The notes beneath the pieces were generated by a model. The model ran no database searches and was not told where the DNA came from. It worked only from the letters and a program-made list of their open reading frames with translations. Shown here one piece after another: positions 50,101 through 63,720 of a stretch of DNA of 64,000 nt. The stretch's first letter is position 1. Every line of letters starts with the position of its first letter. The translations under genes were made by a program, and so were the position numbers. This DNA is from Balanoglossus misakiensis (taxonomy: Eukaryota > Animalia > Hemichordata). The DNA lies in assembly GCA_040954595.2 (NCBI GenBank), contig CM082586.2, forward strand, positions 9,331,337 through 9,395,336, given 5' to 3'.

Positions 50101-53100
50101 TGAAATATCAAGGTTATATCTATGTTTGGTGCTGATATAGTGTTAAGTAGGTCAAAGGTCACCCAGGGGTCACCCACAATTTGGGCAGAATATTTTGACC
50201 CATAGTGGTCAATGTCCAACAAAAACCAGACCTCTAGCCCTTTTGGTTAACCCGGAATTAGGTATGCACATAAATAATGCGTAAAGCAGGTGTCACAGGT
50301 GACCCCACAACTTTGGCTTTTCATTATGGCCCCATACCTCCAAACGCCAAGGTTGTACCTGCTTTGGATGCTGAGATATGCAAAAGTAGGTCAAAGGTCA
50401 TCTGAGGTCACCCAAAATTTGGGTAGAAAATTTTGACCCGTAGTGGTCCATGTATAACAAAAACAAAACCTCTAGGTCTATTGGTTCATCTGTAATTAGG
50501 TATGTGCATATTTAATGAGTAAAGCAGGTGTCACAGGTGACCCAAAACTTTGGCTTTTCATTATGGCCCCATACCTCCAAACGCCAAGGCTGTATCTGGT
50601 GTGGATGTCGAGATATGCAAAAGTAGGTCAAAGGTCACCCGAGGTCACCCAACATTTGGGCAAAATATTTTGACCCCATACTGGTCCATGTATAACAAAA
50701 ACAAAACCTCTAGGTCTATTGGTTCATCTGTAATTAGGTATATGCATATTTAATGAGGTCAGCAGAGGTCAAAGGGGTCATGAAAAGTAGCAAAATTTTT
50801 TGATCACATACAAATCCACATACATCTAAAACCAAACTTATAGCCCTATTGGTTAGCCAGGAATTAGATATGCAGAAATAATAATGTATGATAAGTAGGT
50901 CAAAGGTCATTGCCAAAATTACCAAAATATTTACAGCTTATTGTTGGCATATGATGATTCATATCCATAAAAAGAATTTCTGTGCTATCAATTTTTAGGC
51001 TAGAAACAGAATTTTTACTTTTTAATCGTTGTTCACAAAATCCAATATGGCCGCCAAAATCTTCGACCAATCACAATGATCTTCGCAAACTTGATAGACA
51101 TCTGTTTAATGACCACACACACCAAATCTTGTGACTCGGTTATCGCCGGTTCTTGAGAAGAAGATTTTTGAAATTTTACTAGGGTTTTTCGAAAATCCAA
51201 TATGGCCGCCATAATCTTCCACCAATCACAATGATCTTCGCAAACTTGATAGACCTCAGTTTGGTGACCACATACCCCAAACCGCGTGACTCGGTTATCG
51301 CCGGTTCTGGAGAAGAAGATTTTTGAAATTTTGACCAGATTTCAGAAAAACAACTGTAGCAAAAAAACTGCAACATTGACAGCAAAATATCCAATTACAA
51401 AAATGATGGGTAGAAGGTAGACTACCTGCACACCAAGTTTGAAGTCGATCTGACTTGTAGTTTCTGAGATCTGAGATTTGCATTTTTTCAGAAAATCTAA
51501 TATGGCCGCCAGGTCACGTGACTAATTAAAAATTCAAGGGTTCAATGCACATCTACTCATTGACCTTGACCACTGTAGCAAGTTTGAGAAGTGTACCTGC
51601 AGTGGTGTCTGAGATCTAGAGCGACAAAGAATTGACACAAGAATAAAGAAAGAAGAAAGAAGAAAGAAGGAAAGACAGAATTAAAGCTGCAAGCAGCATT
51701 GTCCGGGCCCAAGCTCTATTATCTGATCTGATTATTAGATATGCACATAATTAATGAGTAGAAACATAATGTTGTGTTTTATCACATGAAATATCAAGAT
51801 TATATCTATGTTTAGTGCTGATATAGTTTTAAGTAGGTCAAAGGTCACCCAGAGGTCACCCACAATTTGGGCAGAAAATTTTGACCCATAGTGGTCCATG
51901 TCCAACAAAAACCAGACCTCTAGCCCTTTTGGTTAGCCCGGAATTAGGTATGCACATAAATAAGCAGTTGTCACAGGTGACCCAAAACTTTGGCTTTTCA
52001 TTATGGCCCCATACCTCCAAACGCGAAGGCTGTATCTGCTTTGGATGCTGAGATTTGCGAAAGTAGGTCAAAGGTCACCAGAGGTCACCCAACATTTGGG
52101 TAAAAACATTTGACCCCATACTGGTCCTGTCCAACAAAAACAAAACCTCTAGGTCTATTGGTTCGTCTGTAATTAGCTATGCACATAATTAATGAGGTCA
52201 GCAGGGGTCAAAGGGGTCGTGAAAAGTAGCAAAATATTTTGATCACACATTAATCCACATACATCAAAAACCAAACTTATAGCCCTATTGATTAGCCTGG
52301 AATAAGATATGCAGAAAAATGATGCGTCAAAAGTAGGTCAAAGGTCATTGCCAAAATTACCAAAATATTTATAGCACATTGTAGTCATATGATGATTCAT
52401 ATCCATAAAAATAATTTCTGTGCTATCAATTTTTAGGCTAGAAAGGGAATTTTTACTTTTTAATCGTTTTTCGCAAAATCCAATATGGCCGCCATAATCT
52501 TCGACCAATCACAATGCTCTTTGCAAACTTGATAGACATCAGTATAGTGACCATACTGCCCAAATCTTGTGACTCAATTATCGCCGGTTCTTGAGAAGAA
52601 GATTTTTGAAGTTTTACTATGGTTTTTCGAAAATCCAATATGGCCGCCATAATCTTCGACCAATCACAATGATTTTCGCAAACTTGATAGACATCAGATA
52701 GGTGACCACATACCCCAAACCCCGTGTCTCGGTTGTCACCGGTTCTGGAGAAGAAGATTTTTGAAATTTAAGCCGGATTTCAGAAAAAAAATTGTAGCAA
52801 AAAAACTGCAACATTGACAGCATAATTTCCAATTACAAAAATGATGGGCAGAATGTAATCTACCTGCACACCAAATTTGAAGTCGATCTGACTTGTAGTT
52901 TCTGAGATCTGAGATTTGCATTTTTTCAGAAAATCCAATATGGCCGCCAGGTCACGTGACTAATTAAAAATTCAAGGGTTCAATGCACGACTACTCATTG
53001 ACCTTGACCACTGTAGAAAGTTTGAGAAGTGTACCTGCAGCGGTGTCTGAGATCTAGAGCGACAAAGAATTGACACAAGAATAAAGAAAGAAAGAAAGAA

Positions 53101-56100
53101 AGAAAGAATTAAAGCTGCAAGCAGCATTGTCGGGCCCAAGCGCTGATCTTGAATTATATATGCACAGTGTGAATGAGAAGAAGCAGAATTTTCTATCGGA
53201 TGTATTATCTCATGACATAACAAGGATGTGTGTATTTTTGCTGCTGAAATAGGGTGAAGTAGGTCAAAGGTCACCTGAGGTCACCCAACATTTGGGTAAT
53301 TTTTTTTTACCCATACTGGTCCATGTCCAATAAAAACCAAAACTCTAGCTCTATTGGTTTGCGTGTAATTAGGTATGTGCATATTTAATGAGGTCAGCAG
53401 GTGTCACAGGTGACCCAAAAATGTGGCTTTACATTTTGGTCCCATCCTACCAAATGCCATGGCTGTATCTGCTGTGGATGCTGAGATATGCGAAAGTAGG
53501 TCAAAGGTCACCAGAGGTCACGCAACATTTGGGCATAAAATTTTGATCCCATTCTGGTCCATGTCCAACAAAAACCAAACCTCTAGCTTTATTGGTTCGC
53601 CTGTAATTAGCTATGCACATAATTAATGAGGTCAGCAGAGGTCAAAGGGGTCATGAAAAGTAGCAAAATATTTTGATCACACATTAATCCACATTCATCA
53701 AAAACCAAACGTCTAGCCCTACAGGTTAGCCTGGAATTAGATATGCAGAAATAATAACGCGAGATAAGTAGGTCAAAGGTCATGTGAAAAATCGCCAAAA
53801 AATTGTAACACATTTTAGTCACATGACGATTGATATCCTTAAAAAGAATTTGTATGCTATCAATTTTTAGACTAGAAAAAGGAATTTCAATTTTTCACTG
53901 CTTTTTACAAAATCCAATATGGCCGCCATAATCTTCGACCAATCACAATGCTCTTTGCTAACTTGATAGACATCAGTGTAGTGACCATACTCCTCGAATC
54001 TTGCGACTAAGTCATCGCCCGTTCTGGAGAAGAAGATTTTTGCAGTTTAACTATGGTTTTTCGAAAATCCAATATGGCCGCCATAATCTTCGACCAATCA
54101 CAATGATCTTCGCAAACTTGATAGACATCAGTTAGGTGACCACATACCCCAAACCTCGTGTCTCGGTTATCACTGGTTCTGGAGAAGAAGATTTTTGAAA
54201 TTTAAGCCAGATTTCAGGAAAAAAATTGTAGCAAAAAAACTGCAACTTTTACAGCATAATTTCCGATTACAAAAATGATGGGCAGAAGGTAGTCTACCTG
54301 CATGCCAAATTTGAAGTTGATCTGACTTGTAGTTTCTGAGATCTGAGATTTGCATTTTTTCAGAAAATCCAATATGGCCGCCAGGTCACGTGACTAATTA
54401 AGTATTCACAAGTCACTGCACATCTACTCATTGACCTTGACCACTGTAGCAAGTTTGAGCAGTGTACCTGCAGTAGTTTCAGAGATCTCGTTGGCCAAAG
54501 AATTGACAGGAGAATAAAGAAAGAAAGAAAGAAAAATTCCAACGAAACCAATAGGGCCCAAGCGCTTGCTTGCGCTTGGGCCCTAAAAACCCCAACGAAA
54601 CCAATAGGGCCCAAGCGCTGGTATGCGCTTGGGCCCTAATTAAAGCTGCAAGCAGCATTGTCGGGCCCAAGCGCTGATCTCGAATTATATATGCACAGTA
54701 TGAATGAGAAGAAACAGAATTTTCTATCTGGTGTATTATCTCATGACATAACAAGGACGTGTGTATTTTTGCTGCTGAAATAGGCAGAAGTAGGTCAAAG
54801 GTCACCTGAGGTCACCCAACATTTGGGCAAATTTTTTTGACCCATACTGGTCCATGTCCAACAAAAACCAAAACTCTAGCTCTATTGGTTCGCCTGTAAT
54901 TAGGTATGTGCATATTTAATGAGGTCAGCAGGTGTCACAGGTGACCCAAAAATGTGGCTTTACATTTTGGTCCCATCCTACCAAATGCCATGGCTGTATC
55001 TGCTCTGGATGCTGAGATATGCGAAAGTAGGTCAAAGGTCACCCAACATTTGGGCAAAAAATTTTGATCCCATACTGGTCCATGTCCAACAAAAACCAAA
55101 CCTCTAGCTCTATTGGTTCGCCTGTAATTAGCTATGCACATAATTAATGAGGTCAGCAGAGATCAAAGGGGTCATGAAAAGTAGCAAAATATTTTGATCA
55201 CACACTAATCCACATGCATCAAAAACCAAAAGTCTAGCCCTATAGGTTAGCCTGGAATTAGATATGCAGAAATAATAACGCGTGATAAGTAGGTCAAAGG
55301 TCATGTGAAAAATCGCCAAAAATTTGTAACATATTTTAGTCATATGATGATTGATATCCATGAAAAGAATTTGTCTGCTGTCAATTTTTAGACTAGGACA
55401 AGGAATTTCAATTTTTCACTGCTTTTTACAAAATCCAATATGGCCGCCATAATCTTCGACCAATCACAATGTTCTTTGCAATCTTGATAGACATCAGTAT
55501 TGTGACCATACTCCCTGAATCTTGCGACTCAGTTATCGCCTATTCTGGAGAAGAAGATTTTTGCAGTTTTACTATGGTTTTTCGAAAATCCAATATGGCC
55601 GCCATAATCTTCGACCAATCACAATGCTTCTTATCAAACTTGATAGACATCAGTTAGGTGACCACATACCCCAAACCGCGTCACTCGGTTATCACCGGTT
55701 CTGGAGAAGAAGATTTTTGAAATTTAAGCCAGATTTCAGAAAAAAAATTGTAGCAAAAAAACTGCAACATTTACAGCAAAATATCCAATTACAAAAATGA
55801 TGGGTAGAAGGTAGACTACCTGCACACCAAATTTGAAGTCGATCTGACTTGTAGTTTCTGAGATCTGAGATTTGCATTTTTTCAGAAAATCCAATATGGC
55901 CGCCATGTCACGTGACTAATTAAAAATTCAAGAGTTCAATGCACGACTACCCATTGACCTTGACCACTGTAGCAAGTTTGAGAAGTGTACCTGCAGCGGT
56001 GTCTGAGATCTAGAGCGACAAAGAAATGACACAAGAATAAAGAAAGAAAGAAAGAAAGAAAGACAGAATTAAAGCTGCAAGCAGCATTGTCCGGGCCCAA

Positions 56101-57516
56101 GCTCTATTATCTGATCAGATTATTAGATATGCACATAATTAATGAGTAGAAACATAATGCTGCGTTTTATCCCATGAAATATCAAGGTTATATCTATGTT
56201 TGGTGTTGATATAGTGTTAAGTAGGTCAAAGGTCACCCAGAGGTCACCCACAATTTGGGCAGAAAATTTTGATCCATAGTGGTCCATGTCCAACAAAAAC
56301 CAGACCTCTAGCCCTTTTGGTTAGCCCGGAATTAGGTATGCACATAAATAATGAGTTAAGCAGGTGTCAAAGGTGACCCAAAACTTTGGCTTTTCATTAT
56401 GGCCCCATACCTCCAAACGCCAAGGTTGTATCTGCTGTGGATGTCGAGATATGCAAAAGTAGGTCAAAGGTCACCCGAGGTCACCCAACATTTGGGCAAA
56501 ATATTTTGACCCCATACTGGTCCATGTATAACAAAAACAAAACCTCTAGGTCTATTGGTTCATCATTAATTAGGTATGCGCATATTTAATGAGGTCACCA
56601 GAGGTCAAAGGGGTCATGAAAAGTAGCAACATTTTTTGATCACATACAAATCCACATACATCAAAAACCAAACTTATAGCCCTATTGGTAAGCCTGGAAT
56701 TAGATATGCAGAAAAATGATGCGTCAAAAGTAGGTCAAAGGTCATTGCCAAAATTACCAAAATATTTATAGCTTATTCTTGTCATATGATGATTCATATC
56801 CATAAAAAGAATTTCTGTGCTATCAATTTTTAGGCTAGAAAAGGAATTTTTACTTTTTAATCGTTTTTCACAAAATCCAATATGGCCGCCATAATCTTCG
56901 ACCAATCACATTCCCCTTCGCAAACTTGATAGACACCTATTTAATGACCACACACACCAAATCTTGTGACTCGGTTATCGCCCGTTCTTGAGAAGAAGAT
57001 TTTTGAAGTTTTACTATGGTTTTTCGAAAATCCAATATGGCCGCCATAATCTTCGACCAATCACAATGATCTTCGCAAACTTGATAGACATCAGTTAGGT
57101 GACCACATACCCCAAACCGCGTGACTCAGTTATCACCGGTTCTGGAGAAGAAGATTTTTGAAATTTAAGCCAGATTTCAGAAAAAAAATTGTAGCAAAAA
57201 AACTGCAACATTTACAGCAAAATATCCAATTACAAAAATGATGGGTAGAAGGTAGACTACCTGCACACCAAATTTGAAGTCGTTCTGACTTGTAGTTTCT
57301 GAGATCTGAGATTTGATTTTTTTCAGAAAATCCAATATGGCCGCCAGGTCACGTGACTAATTAAAAATTCACAGGTTCAATGCACGACTACTCATTGACT
57401 TTGACCACTGTAGCAAGTTTGAGAAGTGTACCTGCAGTGGTGTCTGAGATCTAGAGCGACAAAGAATTGACACAAGAATAAAGAAAGAAGAAGAAAGAAG
57501 AAAGAAGGAAAGACAG

Positions 57517-57815
57517 AAAAACCCCAACGAAACCAATAGGGCCCAAGCGCTGGTATGCGCTTGGGCCCTAAAAACCCCAACGAAACCAATAGGGCCCAAG
57601 CGCTGGTATGCGCTTGGGCCCTAAAGAAAGAAAGAAAGAAAAACCCCAACGAAACCAATAGGGCCCAAGCGCTGGCTTGCGCTTGGGCCCTAAAGAAGGA
57701 AAGACAGAAAAACCCCAACGAAACCAATAGGGCCCAAGCGCTGGCTTGCGCTTGGGCCCTAAAAAACCCCAACGAAACCAATAGGGCCCAAGCGCTGCTA
57801 TGCGCTTGGGCCCTA
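57517..57815. repeat. Stack of five terminal hairpin caps, two preceded by GAAA microsatellite remnants
   Basis: Five GGGCCCAAGCGC...GCGCTTGGGCCCTA hairpins, with spacers aagaaagaaagaaag and aagaaggaaagacag. Confidence 0.92.
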
Positions 57816-60800
57816 ATTAAAGCTGCAAGCAGCATTGTCAGGCCCAAGCGCTGATCTTTAATTATATATGCACAGTATGAATGAGGAGAAACAGAATTTT
57901 CTATTGGGTGTATTATCTCATGACATAACAAGGACGTATGTATTTTTGCTGCTGAAATTGGGTAAAGTAGGTCAAAGGTCACCTGAGGTCACCCAAAATT
58001 TGGGCAAAAAATTTTGACCCATGCTGGGCCATGTCCAACAAAAACCAAAACTCTAGCTCTATTGGTTTGCGAGTAATTAGGTATGTGCATATTTAATGAG
58101 GTCAACACGTGTCACAGGTGACCCAAAAATGTGGCTTTATATTTTGGTCCCATCCTGCCAAATGCCAAGGCTGTATCTGCTCTGGATGCTGAGATATGCG
58201 AAAGTAGGTCAAAGGTCACAAGAGGTCACCAAACATTTGGGCAAAAAAATTGGATCCAATACTGGTCCATGTCAAACAAAAAACAAACCTCTAGCTCTAT
58301 TGGTTCGCCTGTAATTAGCTATGCACATAATTAATGAGGTCAGCAGAGGTCAAAGGGGTCATGAAAAGTAGCAAAATATTTTGATCACACACTAATCCAC
58401 ATGCATCAAAAACCAAACGTCTAGCCCTATAGGTTAGCCTGGAATTAGATATACAGAAATAATAACGTGTGAAAAGTAGGTCAAAGGTCATGTGAAAAAT
58501 CGCCAAAAATTTGTAACATATTTTAGTCATATGACGATTGATATCCATGAAAAAATTTGTATGCTATCAATTTTTAGACTAGGAAAAGGAATTTCAATTT
58601 TTCACTGCTTTTTACAAAATCCAATATGGCCGCCATAATCTTCGACCAATCACAATGCCCTTTGCAAACTGGATAGACATCAGTGTAGTGACCATACTCC
58701 CCGAATCTTGCGACTCAGTTATTGCCCGTTCTGGAGAAGAAGATTTTTGCAGTTTTACTATGGTTTTTCGAAAATCCAATATGGCCGCCATAATCTTCGA
58801 CCAATCACAATGCTTCTTATCAAACTTGATAGACATCAGTTAGGTGACCACATACCCCAAATTCCGTGACTCGGTTATCGCCGGTTCTTGAGAAGAAGAT
58901 TTTTGAAGTTTTATTTGGATTTTTCGAAAATCCAATATGGCGGCCAAAGTCACGTGACCGCTCGAGATTTTATTATTAAACTTTGTTGGGCAGAGGCCAT
59001 GTGTACTATGTACCAAATTTGAACTTGATATGCCTTGTAGTTTTTGAGAAGAAGTCATTTACATTTTCTCAGAAAATCCAATATGGCCGCCAGGTCACGT
59101 GACTAATTAAGTATTCACAAGTCACTGCACATCTACTCATTGACCTCGACCACTGTATCAAGTTTGAGCAGTGTACCTGCAGTAGTTTCAGAGATTTAGT
59201 TGGCCGAAGAATTGACAGGAGAATAAAGAAAGAAAGAAAGAATTAAAGCTGCGAGCAGCATTGTCGGGCCCAAGCGCTGATCTTGAATTATATATGCACA
59301 GTATGAATGAGAAGAAACAGAATTTTCTATCAGATGTATTATCTCATGACATAACAAGGATGTGTGTATTTTTGCTGCTGAAATAGGGTGAAGTAGGTCA
59401 AAGGTCACCTGAGGTCACCCAACATTTGGGCAAAAAATTTTGAACCCATACTGGTCTATGTCCAACAAAAACCAAAACACTAGCTCTATTGGTTCGCGTG
59501 TAATTAGGTATGTGCATATTTAATGAGGTCAGCAGGTGTCACAGGTGACCCAAAAATGTGGCTTTACATTTTGGTCCCATCCTATCAAATGCCATGGCTG
59601 TATCTGCTCTGGATGCTGAGATATGCGAAAGTAGGTCAAAGGTCACCAGAGGTCACCCAACATTTGGGCAAAAAATTTTGATCCCATACTTGTCCATGTC
59701 CAACAAAAACCAAACCTCTAGCTCTATTGGTTCACCTGTAATTAGCTATGCACATAATTAATGAGGTCAGCAGAGGTCAAAGGGGTCATGAAAAGTAGCA
59801 AAATATTTTGATCACACACTAATCCACAAGCATCAAAAACCAAACGTCTAGCCCTATAGGTTAGCCTGGAATTAGATATGCAGAAATAATAACGCGTGAT
59901 AAGTAGGTCAAAGGTCATGTGAAAAATCGCCAAAAAATTGTAACATATTTTAGTCACATGACGATTGATATCCATAAAAAGAATTTGTATGCTATCAGTT
60001 TTTGGACTAGAAAACGGAATTTCAATTTTTCACTGCTTTTTACAAAATCCAATATGGCCGCCATAATCTTCAACCAATCACAATGCTCTTTGCAAACTTG
60101 ATAGACATCAGTGTAGTGACCATACTCCCCGAATCTTGCGACTCAGTCATCGCCCGTTCTGGAGAAGAAGATTTTTGGAGTTTAACTATGGTTTTTCGAA
60201 AATCCAATATGGCCGCCATAATCTTCGACCAATCACGATGATCTTCGCAAACTTGATAGACATCACTTAGGTGACCACATACCCCAAACCCCGTGTTTCG
60301 GTTATCACTGGTTCTGGAGAAGAAGATTTTTGAAATTTAAGCCAGATTTCAGAAAAAAAATTGTAGCAAAAAAACTGCAACATTGACAGCAAAATTTCCA
60401 ATCACAAAAATGATGGGCAGAAGGTAGTCTACCTGCATGCCAAATTTGAAGTCGATCTGACTTGTAGTTTCTGAGATCTGAGATTTGAATTTTTTCAGAA
60501 AATCCAATATGGCCGCCAGGTCACGTGACTAATTAAGTATTCACAAGTCACTGCACATCTACTCATAGACCTTGACCACTGTAGCAAGTTTGAGCAGTGT
60601 ACCTGCAGTAGTTTCTGAGATTTAGTTGGCCGAAGAATTGACACAAGAATAAAGAAAGAATTAAAGCTGCAAGCAGCATTGTCGGGCCCAAGCGCTGATC
60701 CGGAATTATATATGCACAGTATGAATGACAAGAAACAGAATGCTCTATCAGGTTTTTTATCTCATGACATAACAAGGCCATGTGTTTTTTTGGTGCAGAA

Positions 60801-63535
60801 ATAGAGTAAAGTAGGTCAAAGGTCACCTGAGGTCACCCAAATTTTGGGAAATTTTTTTGGACCCATATTCGTCCATGTCCAACAAAAACCAAAACTCTAG
60901 CTCTATTGGTTCGCCTGTAATTAGGTATGTGCATATTTAATGAGGTCAGCAGGTGTCACAGGTGACCCAAAAATGTGGCTTTACATTTTGGTCCTATCCT
61001 TCCAAATGCCAAGGCTGTATCTGCTCTGGATGCTGAGATATGCGAAAGTAGGTCAAAGGTCACCAGAGGTCATCAACATTTGGGCAAAACATGTTGACCC
61101 CATACTGGTCCATGTCCAACAAAAACCAAACAACTAGCTCTATTGGTTCGCCTGTAATTAGCTATGCACATAATTAATGAGGTCAACAGAGGTCAAAGGG
61201 GTCATGAAAAGTAGCAAAATATTTTGATCACACACTAATCCACATACATCAAAAACTAAACGTCTAGCCCTATAGGTTAGCCTGGAATTAGATATGCAGA
61301 AATAATAACGTGCGAAAATTAGGTCAAAGGTCATGTGAAAAATCGCCAAAAATGTGTAACATATTTTAGTCATATGGCGATTGATATCCATGAAAAGAAT
61401 TTGTATGCTATTAATTTTTAGACTAGGAAAAGGAATTTCAATTTTTCACTGCTTTTTACAAAATCCAATATGGCCGCCATAATCTTCGACCAATCACAAT
61501 GCTCTTTGCAAACTTGATAGACATCAGTGTAGTGACCATACTCCCCGAATCTTGCGACTCAGTTATCGCCCGTTCTGGAGAAGAAGATTTTTGGAGTTTT
61601 ACTATGGTTTTTCGAAAATCCAATATGGCCGCCATAATCTTCGACCAATCACAATGCTTCTTATCAAACTTGATAGACATCTGTTAAGTGACCACATACA
61701 CCAAACCCCGTGACTCGGTTATCACCGGTTCTGGAGAAGAAGATTTTTGAAATTTAAGCCAGATTTCAGAAAAAAAAATTGTAGCAAAAAAACTGCAACA
61801 TTTACAGCAAAATATCCAATTACAAAAATGATGGGCAGATGGTAGTCTACCTGCATGCCAAATTTGAAGTCGATCTGACTTGTAGTTTCTGAGATCTGAG
61901 ATTTGCATTTTTTCAGAAAATCCAATATGGCCACCAGGTCACGTGACTAATTAAAAATTCAAGAGTTCAATGCACGACTACCCATTGACCTTGACCACTG
62001 TAGCAAGTTTGAGAAGTGTACCTGCAGCGGTGTCTGAGATCTAGAGCGACAAAGAAATGACACAAGAATAAAGAAAGAAGAAAGAAAGACAGATTAAAGC
62101 TGCAAGCAGCATTGTCCGGGCCCAAGCTCTATTATCTGATCTGATATTAGATATGCACATAATTAATGAGTAGAAACATAATGCTCTGTTTTATCCCATG
62201 AAATATCAAGGTTATATCTATGTTTGGTGTTGATATAGTGTTAAGTAGGTCAAAGGTCTCCCAGGGGTCACCCACAATTTGGGCAGAAAATTTTGACCCA
62301 TAGTGGTCCATGTCCAACAAAAACCAGACCTCTAGCCCTTTTGGTTAGCCTGGAATTAGGTATGCACATAAATAATGAGTTAAGCAGGTGTCACAGGTGA
62401 CCCAAAACTTTGGCTTTTCATTATGGCCCCATACCTCCAAACGCCAAGGTTGTATCTGCTGTGGATGTCGAGATATGCAAAAGTAGGTCAAAGGTCACCC
62501 GAGGTCACCCAACATTTGGGCAAAATATTTTGACCCCATACTGGTCCATGTATAACAAAAACAAAACCTCTAGGTCTATTGGTTCATCATTAATTAGGTA
62601 TGCGCATATTTAATGAGGTCACCAGAGGTCAAAGGGGTCATGAAAAGTAGCAAAAATTTTTGGTCACATACAAATCCACATACATCAAAAACCAAACTTA
62701 TAGCCCTATTGGTTAGCCTGGAATTAGATATGCAGAAAAATGATGCGTCAAAAGTAGGTCAAAGGTCATTGCCAAAATTACCAAAATATTTATAGCTTAT
62801 TCTTGTCATATGATGATTCATATCCATAAAAAGAATTTCTGTGCTATCAATTTTTAGGCTAGAAAAGGAATTTTTACTTTTTAATCGTTTTTCACAAAAT
62901 CCAATATGGCCGCCATAATCTTCGACCAATCACATTCCTCTTCGCAAACTTGATAGACATCTGTTTAATGACCACACACACCAAATCTTGTGACTCGGTT
63001 ATCGCCCGTTCTTGAGAAGAAGATTTTTGAAGTTTTACTATGGTTTTTCGAAAATCCAATATGGCCGCCATAATCTTCGACCAATCACAATGATCTTCGC
63101 AAACTTGATAGACATCAGTTAGGTGACCACATACCCCAAACCGCGTGACTTAGTTATCACCGGTTCTGGAGAAGAAGATTTTTGAAATTTAAGCCAGATT
63201 TCAGAAAAAAAATTGTAGCAAAAAAACTGCAACATTTACAGCAAAATATCCAATTACAAAAATGATGAGTAGAAGGTAGACTACCTGCACACCAAATTTG
63301 AAGTCGATCTGACTTGTAGTTTCTGAGATCTGAGATTTGCATTTTTTCAGAAAATCCAATATGGCCGCCAGGTCACGTGACTAATTAAAAATTCAAGGGT
63401 TCAATGCACGACTACTCATTGACCTTGACCACTGTAGCAAGTTTCAGAAGTGTACCTGCAGCGGTGTCTGAGATCTAGAGCGACAAAGAATTGACAGAAG
63501 AATAAAGAAAGAAAGAAAGAAAGAAGGAAAGACAG

Positions 63536-63720
63536 AAAAACCCCAACGAAACCAATAGGGCCCAAGCGCTGGCTTGCGCTTGGGCCCTAAAAAACCCCAA
63601 CGAAACCAATAGGGCCCAAGCGCTGGTATGCGCTTGGGCCCTAAAGAAAGAAAGCAAGCAAGAAAGAAAAATTCCAACGAAACCAATAGGGCCCAAGCGC
63701 TTGCGTGCGCTTGGGCCCTA
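63536..63720. repeat. Stack of three terminal hairpin caps
   Basis: Three hairpins; the third is preceded by aagaaagaaagcaagcaagaaag and has the AAAAATTCC leader. Confidence 0.9.
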
